Of a DNA stretch of 64,000 nucleotides, positions 9,606-17,328 are shown piece by piece. The position numbers and the translations under genes are program-made. Below the pieces are notes generated by a model. It worked only from the letters and a program-made list of their open reading frames with translations. It did no database searches and was not told where the DNA came from. The stretch comes from Polyangiaceae bacterium (GTDB lineage: Bacteria; Myxococcota_A; Polyangia; Polyangiales; Polyangiaceae), in the NCBI GenBank assembly GCA_044376115.1, contig JBILLK010000018.1, positions 96,001 through 160,000 of the forward strand, read 5' to 3'. Positions within the stretch are counted from its first letter, which is position 1; each line of letters starts with the position of its first letter.

Positions 9606-10468
9606 ACGCCCACCCCCATGAGGTCGTCGCCAACGCCCTGAATCATTCCGCGATTGGCTGGTACCGTGCAGGGACAGATATCGTAGTTACAACGCACTGG
9701 CGCTAAACGCCTAGCGAAGGAACCGTCGAGCACGTTACCAAGATACCCCTCCTTGAAACGACGCGCCGTCCGACAACTCCAAGCCTCCCCTCGCTGAGTG
9801 AGGACGAAGTAGTCGACCCCGGTGAAACACAGCCGCCCTCGATAGCTTGGGGAAACGTTGGCTTCACGCGGGCTCGGCGACGAGCCGACGATCGGTAAAA
9901 GCCGTTTGCGGTCAGCCTCGTTATAGTCGAAGACGCCCGACTTGGTCTTCATCAGCTGAGGGAAGAACTTGAGGCCCCTGGCTGACAAGAGGGCGTGCGC
10001 CCGTGCGGCCGCTTCGAGTTGGCCCGGGACCATGACGGAGTTGCACACGAGCGTCGCATCAGCCGCCATACGATCGCGTAAACGACAAGCCTTGTCGGCA
10101 AACTCCTCCGCGCTGGCGAACTCCAGATGAAGGCTTGCTGAGACAACGCCTAACCGACCATAGGTCGCATCAGCAAAGCGATCGAGCACCGCGTTAGGCG
10201 CCGATAGATTGGTAAGTATGGAGATCTTGTGGGACGTGGTCTCGACCAGTCCCGGGATGATCCGCCCCATGAAGGCCTTGAAGGAGAACGGCTCGCCGCC
10301 AGTCATCTTGATCTCCCAGCGCTCCTGTAGGCTCCCGAAGAAGTTCAGGAACTGCGTCACCTCGTCATCCGATGGGTGGCCGACACGCGAAGACTTGCTC
10401 TGAATGCAGTACGTGCAGTCGTAATTGCAATGCCCGCAGACCTGCCACTCGATCGTCGGGCGCCTCAT
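9602..10468 (-). CDS. Radical SAM protein with C-terminal Cys-rich (twitch-like) extension
   Basis: CNYDCTYC, TGGEPF, ILTN; C-terminal CFTG...SC...CNYDICPC. Confidence 0.9.
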   Translation of the reverse strand: MRRPTIEWQVCGHCNYDCTYCIQSKSSRVGHPSDDEVTQFLNFFGSLQERWEIKMTGGEPFSFKAFMGRIIPGLVETTSHKISILTNLSAPNAVLDRFADATYGRLGVVSASLHLEFASAEEFADKACRLRDRMAADATLVCNSVMVPGQLEAAARAHALLSARGLKFFPQLMKTKSGVFDYNEADRKRLLPIVGSSPSPREANVSPSYRGRLCFTGVDYFVLTQRGEAWSCRTARRFKEGYLGNVLDGSFARRLAPVRCNYDICPCTVPANRGMIQGVGDDLMGVGV

Positions 10469-11592
10469 TCGCCCCCCACCAAGACTGGCAGACGACGCTG
10501 CCCAGCCGAGAACCTCGGCTGGCCGCCAACTCTGCCGGTAGCTTCAAGTAGCTTGAGTTCACCGTACTTGCGGGCAAACGCGTTAGACAGCTTAACGTTC
10601 TGATTGAACTTGCCGCATTGCCGACAACTCTCGAGGTAGTCACCGCGATGAAATCGTTCCCGCAATGCGGACCAGGCCTCCCCTCGCCACAGCTCACCAA
10701 AGCCCGCTGAAGGCGCAAGCTGGCCGACGACGACGTCGGTGTTGCAACAATAAAGCACAGTACGATCCACGAGGACTCGCGAGTAGGCATACCCCATGAA
10801 GCAGCCGACCTCAGCAATCGAAGCGGTTGCCTCACCACCGGCCGATAGCTGCTGCTCAAACACTGCAAGGTTGGTCTCTATCCCTAGCTCCTTGGCTCGG
10901 CCCTGCGCGGCAGCAATATCTTTACTGAGCAGCTTGTCCCGCTGACGCTCTTCAATTCGGCAACGTTCCGTTCCTGCCTGCAGCGACGCGAGCTTGAAGT
11001 TCACCTGACTTGCGGAGTAGTTCGCCGCAAACTCGACCATTGCAACGAGTTCGTGCGCATTGGTATCGGCGATGACCTGAACGTGTTTGAAGCGGCGTGC
11101 TCGCGCTTTGAATCGGTCCAACATGGCGAGCAGCTTGTGCCACTCCACCGCGCGAAAGTTCGGGTGGAAGGCGAGGTAGCTCTGCTCCGAAGCGCCGTGG
11201 ATACCGATCAGCAGCTGGTCGACACCGCTATCAACGATACGGTCGGCGTCGGCTGCAACCAGGTTGGTGATGATCGTGAGGAACAACCGACGTTCCTTGA
11301 CCGCCTCGATCATCTCGTAGACGTCGGGGTGAGTGAACGGCTCCCCCATACCGCTCAGGACGATATTCTTTGTCCCCCCGAGGACCTGCAGCTCAGCGAG
11401 CAGGGCAACGACGTCCTCCACACGGGCGCGGCTCCGTTTCCACTGGGGAGACTGTGGAGTAGCGAGCAGCGGCGAATGATCCCAACAGGTGATGCAGTTG
11501 GTATTGCAGCCGTTCGTGATGTCGATGTGAACCGTCTCCGGTCCAGGAGGCGGCTGCCTCTCAAGCATGGCCTTGAGCACTTGCTTACTCAT
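10465..11592 (-). CDS. Radical SAM/SPASM-twitch domain protein
   Basis: CNTNCITC, SGMGEPF, IITN; C-terminal CFMG...YCC...W.G....LR...CRQC. ATG overlaps the upstream TGA (TGATG). Confidence 0.9.
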   Translation of the reverse strand: MSKQVLKAMLERQPPPGPETVHIDITNGCNTNCITCWDHSPLLATPQSPQWKRSRARVEDVVALLAELQVLGGTKNIVLSGMGEPFTHPDVYEMIEAVKERRLFLTIITNLVAADADRIVDSGVDQLLIGIHGASEQSYLAFHPNFRAVEWHKLLAMLDRFKARARRFKHVQVIADTNAHELVAMVEFAANYSASQVNFKLASLQAGTERCRIEERQRDKLLSKDIAAAQGRAKELGIETNLAVFEQQLSAGGEATASIAEVGCFMGYAYSRVLVDRTVLYCCNTDVVVGQLAPSAGFGELWRGEAWSALRERFHRGDYLESCRQCGKFNQNVKLSNAFARKYGELKLLEATGRVGGQPRFSAGQRRLPVLVGGE

Positions 11593-13253
11593 CAATGATT
11601 CTCCGGCTCTTCCGGCGAGTCCTCCGCGCCGTCCCCCTGCGGGAGCGGACCTCGGTCCCCGAGGGCAGGGTCGGACGCAAGCATCCGTTCGATTCCGCGA
11701 TAAAGATCGAGTCCGTCCTTCTGCAGGTCTGCGGTTACCCGCTCAATCAGGCCGATCGTCGCCCCTATCTCCAATTCGCCTCCTTGCAGAGCCGCACGCA
11801 GGAACGCCCCCGTAGCCCGCCAATCGTTGAAGGGCGCCATACACTGAAGTAGCCGTAGACTTGCGTTGCCTCGCGCGGCAGGCGCAGCAAGCTCAAATCG
11901 CTTTAGGAAGAGCCCCGCCGTACGCACAGCAGCCTCGACCTCGACTCCCAAAGCCAGCACGCCGGCGGACCAAGCCAGCGCCGCAGAGGAAGTCTGCTGT
12001 GGAAGGGATTGCGGTAGCCCGGCGATCCCCGGGTTCAGCAGCTGACAGGCTCGGATAAACAATGATTCTGCTGCATCATATTCCGCGGCCAACGCGAGGA
12101 CCTCATCACCGTAGGCAGCCTCGGCAGCTTCCACCTCGCTGACGCCGACCACCAGTTTGAGCAGCTGCGCGGCAGCGCGCCGCGCGCCGAGCATGGGACC
12201 GAACTGCCGCCAACCCGCGCCCGCTCGGGCCTGCGCCTCTGGGCCGCACAACTGCGCGACCGCGCGCCCTAGCTCTGCCGTGACCACAGGTCGCTCCACG
12301 ATGATCGCGCTGCCTACCTCGACCGCCGCGCGCGCGCGCTCATCCTGCTCGTCAGCAATCTTTCGCTGTGGGATGAAAACCGCGGGGACCCCCGCTTGTC
12401 TCAGCTCCACAACCGAGTTGTATCCAGCGCCCGAGATAGCCACGTCAGCCGCACGCAGCAGCCGTGCATAACCTGGGTTCTGGAGCCAGCGAAGCTGCGC
12501 GCCAAACTCAGGAGCCCCGCGATGGAGAGGCCCAGCACCAAGTACTAAATAACTATCTTGCGTCCCTGCTCCGAGCACCGCCTCACGAGTAACCGCTAGG
12601 TCTGTCGCGGCACCTGGGTCTCCGCCACCCCCAGCTGAAGCGAAGACCACGCGTGCATCGAGCGGGAGGTTGAGCTGTTTGCGCGCTTGTTCGCGCGAAA
12701 GCAGCTCCGCAGGCTCGCGGACAGCGATCGGCCCAACGCAGCTTACTCTGGACCGTGCCTGCGCAGGCACCGGCAGCCGAAGAGCATCCTCCGGAACAAT
12801 CAGCGCATCGTAGAGATCGAGTGTTGTTTGAAACTCAGGCTGACCAGCGAGCTCGGGCTTTACCGGCCGGTAGATGAAGGCGCGTTTGCGGCATAAATCC
12901 AGACAGGCCGGTAGCTCCCCAAAACTTCCCCGAGGAAAGGTATCTACGACGAATAGGTCTGGTCGCAACAAACCGACCGAGTGCCATATCCACTGTTTTA
13001 CCAGCCCAATGAAGGCCAGCTTATCGAGGCCGGCCGCTGCAGCCATGGACTTCGATGGGACCTTGAAGGTTGGAAAGCCTTCAGCGTAAAGCAGCGTGTC
13101 AGCTTCACTCGAGCTGAGGAAGATAGGTTCGAGTTTTACACCGGCGTGCGACGCATAACGCCGCATCCACCTTGCAACGGCACAGAGCCTCGTAGCGTGA
13201 CCGACGCCACCGCCATTGATGGCGTAGAAGACGACGCGAACGCTTCGCGCCAT
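11592..13253 (-). CDS. GT-B glycosyltransferase (GT28/MurG C-terminal-like) with helical C-terminal extension
   Basis: NGGGVGHATR, VVDTFPRG, SAGGGG, ADVAISGAGYNSVVE..GVPAVFIP...DEQ..RA motifs. Confidence 0.85.
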   Translation of the reverse strand: MARSVRVVFYAINGGGVGHATRLCAVARWMRRYASHAGVKLEPIFLSSSEADTLLYAEGFPTFKVPSKSMAAAAGLDKLAFIGLVKQWIWHSVGLLRPDLFVVDTFPRGSFGELPACLDLCRKRAFIYRPVKPELAGQPEFQTTLDLYDALIVPEDALRLPVPAQARSRVSCVGPIAVREPAELLSREQARKQLNLPLDARVVFASAGGGGDPGAATDLAVTREAVLGAGTQDSYLVLGAGPLHRGAPEFGAQLRWLQNPGYARLLRAADVAISGAGYNSVVELRQAGVPAVFIPQRKIADEQDERARAAVEVGSAIIVERPVVTAELGRAVAQLCGPEAQARAGAGWRQFGPMLGARRAAAQLLKLVVGVSEVEAAEAAYGDEVLALAAEYDAAESLFIRACQLLNPGIAGLPQSLPQQTSSAALAWSAGVLALGVEVEAAVRTAGLFLKRFELAAPAARGNASLRLLQCMAPFNDWRATGAFLRAALQGGELEIGATIGLIERVTADLQKDGLDLYRGIERMLASDPALGDRGPLPQGDGAEDSPEEPENH

Positions 13254-13254
13254 C

Positions 13255-14559
13255 TCAGGAAGGGTCCATGAAGCCAGCGCTCTCGTGGCTATCGGACGGA
13301 TAAGGGTCCGCTATGTGAACCGCGCGCGCTGCGTCATCGTGATAGTCATCTCGCGCGTACTGATAATTAGGATGTTGGTGGTGATGGCTTGCCACCTGCG
13401 GGATAAAGTCGCCATCAATGCGGCCGTCCGTCATCAGGTCCCACCAGAGAAAGTCTTGAACGAAGCTGCCTCGATCGTAACGGTCGAATACGTAGACCGT
13501 GTCAGAGGTATGTTGATAACGATGCCACCGCTTCTGATAGCGCTCTTGAATGGGTCTGAAGCGTTGCTGATACTTTTCGACGGGGATCGCTGCGTAGGCG
13601 TTCTTCGATCGCGCGTACTTTTCTGCCTCTCGTTGGGCCCTGACCTTCCCCTCGGCGATCTCCCTTTGCAGCATAACCAGCTCGGATTGGCGCAGGCCAT
13701 CGAGGTAGTCGAGCTTTGCGCCGAGACCGAAAACACGTTTCGCGAGGATATCCAGCTCTGGGACCTGCGCGAGCCGAGGACCAATCGCCGCTCCGCCACT
13801 GTCGACGATGTGCCTACCCAAGTGCTCGCGTAGATTTGAAAGCGTGCGTTCGGCGAGCGTTTCCTGCGCGTGCCGCAGCGTCGCGTATCTGCGGTCTTGC
13901 TCGGCTCCCTTGCGCAACAATTGGTCTATCTCCTTGGCACGCTGCGCCAAGCTCTCGAGTGACTCCACCGACCGTTGATACTCGTCGCGGAACTCGCTGA
14001 AGGTCTTGCCCGGGAAGTTGACCAGGATCTCATCGGCGGCCTCCCAATCGGTGTAATAGGAAAGCCGCCAAAAAGGTACGTCATAGGCCGGGGTTCCGTA
14101 GCCGACAGCAAGGAGATGCGGCAAGCGAGGGTGCGCAGCGGCAGCAACCAGCGGCTCGATGCTGCGCCGTGCACCGTCCAGCTCGGCCAACTCGAGGATG
14201 AGCTTGCCACCGCGCGGGTCTCGCAGGTGCTCACGGTGAATGAAGTTGGGGTCGGCCTCGATCACTTGGATCTTTCGCGCGAGGTCGTCTGCTTCGGCGG
14301 CCATGCGCTCGAGCGGCTGCCCTGACACAAGGGGGGTATAGCCGGTTAGCCCAGCCGCGTGCGCTAGGTGCTCACGGGTCAACACCGGGAGAAGGGTGGC
14401 AACTAACTCGCTAAGCGCGTGATTGGCTTGTGCGTGAACCTCGTAGCGCCGCTGGTCATGCTTGACCAGTAGCTCACTCGTATAGCGGTCCGCTTGGTCG
14501 AGCTCGGCATACTGATTTCGAGCGGCGCTCGCCCACTCATGACCGTAGATGAAGCTCAT
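13255..14559 (-). CDS. Hypothetical coiled-coil protein
   Basis: 434-aa ORF tightly linked on both sides (ATGA overlap; TGAgATG). Helical Q/E/R-rich body with an aromatic/acidic/His-rich C-terminus. Confidence 0.75.
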   Translation of the reverse strand: MSFIYGHEWASAARNQYAELDQADRYTSELLVKHDQRRYEVHAQANHALSELVATLLPVLTREHLAHAAGLTGYTPLVSGQPLERMAAEADDLARKIQVIEADPNFIHREHLRDPRGGKLILELAELDGARRSIEPLVAAAAHPRLPHLLAVGYGTPAYDVPFWRLSYYTDWEAADEILVNFPGKTFSEFRDEYQRSVESLESLAQRAKEIDQLLRKGAEQDRRYATLRHAQETLAERTLSNLREHLGRHIVDSGGAAIGPRLAQVPELDILAKRVFGLGAKLDYLDGLRQSELVMLQREIAEGKVRAQREAEKYARSKNAYAAIPVEKYQQRFRPIQERYQKRWHRYQHTSDTVYVFDRYDRGSFVQDFLWWDLMTDGRIDGDFIPQVASHHHQHPNYQYARDDYHDDAARAVHIADPYPSDSHESAGFMDPS

Positions 14560-14900
14560 GTGCGACTCACGCGCCCTTTCATCTCGAGCACGCGCAGAAA
14601 GTGCCCCGCGGCGTGTTCGAGTGAAGCGGCGCTCTCGACTTCGGCCTCATCGATTAGCAGGATAAAGAACTCGCCGTTCTTCATTCGAGCCTCGAGCTCA
14701 CGGATGACGAGCGGTGTTAGCTCCTCGCGATCTCCCGCCTCCGACGTCAGGTACTCGTAGCCAACGCCCCGCTCTTGATCGAAGCCATCGAGATGAATGA
14801 CCTTGCCCGCCACGCGAAGCGGGTGGTGCTCGACGATCGCGAGGCCAGCCGCGAGAAAACAGCGTTTGAGGACTTCAGTTCCAGCTTGCTCCGTCAGCAC
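14556..14900 (-). CDS. Small hypothetical protein, possible PD-(D/E)xK-like fold
   Basis: 114 aa; LDGFD....VGYEY segment; ATGA overlap with the next gene. Confidence 0.65.
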   Translation of the reverse strand: MLTEQAGTEVLKRCFLAAGLAIVEHHPLRVAGKVIHLDGFDQERGVGYEYLTSEAGDREELTPLVIRELEARMKNGEFFILLIDEAEVESAASLEHAAGHFLRVLEMKGRVSRT

Positions 14901-14956
14901 GGCGGCAGCCTAGCGGCCGTTTGCGCAGCGAGGCAACGGACAGCGCAGGTAGGCCA

Positions 14957-15250
14957 TCACTTCGCGGGCGGAGCATTCGCCGAAGGAAGTCGTGGTGCGG
15001 AGGCCGAGGCGCTTGCCTTCGCGGAGCTCGTGCGTGCCCACTCGAGCGACTCGAGCTCGACAAAGCCTTCAGGCCAGGGCGGCTCGGAGGCGACCTCAAC
15101 GGAACGCGGTACGTAGAACTTTGGTTCCTCCACCGGCGTTAGCAACACGACCAACGCGGCAACGCCAGCTGCCGTGGCTAGAACAGCGAGCGAGATGGCT
15201 CGGAGGCGGAACGCGGGAGCCTGAAATTCGGGCAGCCGGCGCGGTTTCAC
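14957..15250 (-). CDS. Small single-TM hypothetical protein
   Basis: GTG start overlaps the kinase TGA (GTGA); TM AISLAVLATAAGVAALVVLL. Confidence 0.5.
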   Translation of the reverse strand: MKPRRLPEFQAPAFRLRAISLAVLATAAGVAALVVLLTPVEEPKFYVPRSVEVASEPPWPEGFVELESLEWARTSSAKASASASAPRLPSANAPPAK

Positions 15251-17172
15251 GGCATGGCTCGCTGGAGGACGGTTTGCAGCCGCGAGGGCGCGGTGTCGCG
15301 AGGCAAGAGCTGAGCGAGCTGCCACTTCTGAAACAGTAGGTCGCGCTCTGCGGCCAGCAGTTCATCACGCATTTTGCCGGCGAGGAGCGCGGGAGTAACC
15401 ACGCCCAGCAAGCTAACCATGAGCAAGGCCACGAGCGCATAGCCTTCCTTGAAGCTCGTCATGCGCGGCAACAGCGATATTGCGTCTGTCGTCACGGCCA
15501 TCGAGGGCGGTAGTACCCCTGAGAGTTCGAGCACCAGTGGGCCCACAATCGCGAGGCAACCGAGCACCAAAGCCGGCGCGCGATACGTTCTTGGAGCCTG
15601 GGCCACAAACAGCGTGGTGGTCGTCGCGACAAAACCGGGAACGAAGACCAGCGGGCCAAACACGAACGAAAGCAGCACAGCGTGACAGAGCACAGCCACG
15701 AAGATCGCGAGCCGGAAGCTTGGTGCGTAACGCTGCGTCTTCAGCAGCATCAAGCTCGCGGCAAAAATTCCAACCATCAGCGCGGCAACTCCCACGACCA
15801 GCTCGACTCGACGCACACCCATCAGAAACAGAAATCCGAACATCGGAAACCAAGCCGCAACGCGCGCCACACTGCCCCGTAGGATCGTCTTTAGGTGGCC
15901 AGCGAACAGGCTCGCCTCCTCGGCTCGAACCTCCTTTGGGAGCACGCTTGGAGGCGTGGCGAACAGGCCCAGAATGACCCGCCTAGCGGATAGGTTATCC
16001 GGCGCTAGCGCCAACGCTTGCCCGGCCTCATGCATGGCCAACGAGCGATACTTCTCATTCTCATTCGTGCTCTGCGACAGCGCGTTATCAGCATAGGCGC
16101 GCGCGGCCTCTGCTCGCTCCTCTGCGAGCTTCATGCGCAATGCAGTATCGCGGTCCCCATCGAGAAAGCTCTCCACCGCGCGTGCAAGGTCCCGAGCAGT
16201 CGTGTTGCGGTCAACCGGACGAAAGCGCGTTGCCCGTTCAACCAGGGCGCTGAGTTCGGGAGGCGCATCGGCGATCGCCGGAGTCACCCGCGCTGGCGAC
16301 AACGTCTCTTGCAAGATGGCTCCCGTCGACGGCCCCGCAAATAGCGGCCGACCTGCCAAGAGCTCAAACAGGATGCAGCCTAGTGCAAAGACGTCGCTGC
16401 GCTCATCGACGTCATTGTCGACATTGACGATCTGCTCCGGGGACATGTAGCCCGGCGTACCCACCATCTCACCTGGTTGCGTGGCACGTGGCTCTTCATC
16501 GTGCGCGACCTCATCTTGTCGCATGAGCTTGGCTACGCCCCAATCAAGTACGTAGACCTCGCCATAGAGCCCCAACATGATGTTGTCCGGCTTTAGATCG
16601 CGATGAACCACGCCACGCGAGTGAGCGTAGTCGAGGGCCTCGCACACCGTGACGAAGGCTCGCAGTAGCCTGTTGCGGCTAACCGGGATGGTCGCTTTGC
16701 CACTGACCGGGAGCGCTGCCTGCTGCGCCAAGATCTCGAACAGCGTGCGACCGTGAATCCGCTTCATGGTGAAGAACGGCAGCCCACGAGGGTCGTTGCC
16801 AATCTCATAAACGGGGACGATGCTCGGATGTTCGAGCAGCGCCTGCACGCGCGCCTCAAGCAAAAAGCGCTCGGTGGCCTCGCGTTGTATTTGCGGGGGA
16901 GGCTCGATCATCGACTTGAGCGCGACGTCACGCCCGATGCGCTCATCGCGCGCTCGCGCGACCTCGCCCATGCCTCCGCGGCCCAAGACCGACAGCGTCC
17001 TGTAGCGATCCACATGCGTGTCTTCATCGACGAAAACGTGGGCAAGTGACTCGGCTACCCGCGTGGATTGGCCCGGTTCACTTTCAGTGCCTCGCAACGC
17101 CTGGGCCTCTTCACTTCGTGGTTGACGAAGCCGAACAGTCGCTCGCTCGACGTCAATGGCATCACTGGGCAT
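15247..17172 (-). CDS. Hanks-type Ser/Thr protein kinase with multi-pass membrane C-terminus
   Basis: LGRGGMGEV, VALK, HRDLKPDN, LDWGVAK, GTPGYMSPEQ and DVFALG motifs; several C-terminal TM helices. Confidence 0.92.
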   Translation of the reverse strand: MPSDAIDVERATVRLRQPRSEEAQALRGTESEPGQSTRVAESLAHVFVDEDTHVDRYRTLSVLGRGGMGEVARARDERIGRDVALKSMIEPPPQIQREATERFLLEARVQALLEHPSIVPVYEIGNDPRGLPFFTMKRIHGRTLFEILAQQAALPVSGKATIPVSRNRLLRAFVTVCEALDYAHSRGVVHRDLKPDNIMLGLYGEVYVLDWGVAKLMRQDEVAHDEEPRATQPGEMVGTPGYMSPEQIVNVDNDVDERSDVFALGCILFELLAGRPLFAGPSTGAILQETLSPARVTPAIADAPPELSALVERATRFRPVDRNTTARDLARAVESFLDGDRDTALRMKLAEERAEAARAYADNALSQSTNENEKYRSLAMHEAGQALALAPDNLSARRVILGLFATPPSVLPKEVRAEEASLFAGHLKTILRGSVARVAAWFPMFGFLFLMGVRRVELVVGVAALMVGIFAASLMLLKTQRYAPSFRLAIFVAVLCHAVLLSFVFGPLVFVPGFVATTTTLFVAQAPRTYRAPALVLGCLAIVGPLVLELSGVLPPSMAVTTDAISLLPRMTSFKEGYALVALLMVSLLGVVTPALLAGKMRDELLAAERDLLFQKWQLAQLLPRDTAPSRLQTVLQRAMP

Positions 17173-17328
17173 GCCGGCAGGCTGACCTCGATTGCCGCGG
17201 AGCTCAAGCGCGTTGATCCCACTGACCACCGAGGTTCTACTCGCTTTGCCGTGGGCTCGCTGGTAGGGTCCGCGCGCTCTTGACTTTTCAAGGGCTCTGA
17301 CGTGCGGCTAACGCACGAGAGGACTTGG

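Noticed and set aside
8697..10468. Viperin-like antiviral radical SAM (W....CNY.C.YC, GGEPF)
   Set aside because: The resemblance is limited to generic rSAM motifs. The C-terminal auxiliary Cys cluster is not a viperin feature.
17279..17316. Structured leader of the DEAD-box helicase (CTTGA/TCAAG and GTGCG/CGCAC hairpins)
   Set aside because: The stems are only 5 bp and could occur by chance in GC-rich DNA. It cannot be supported without comparative data.
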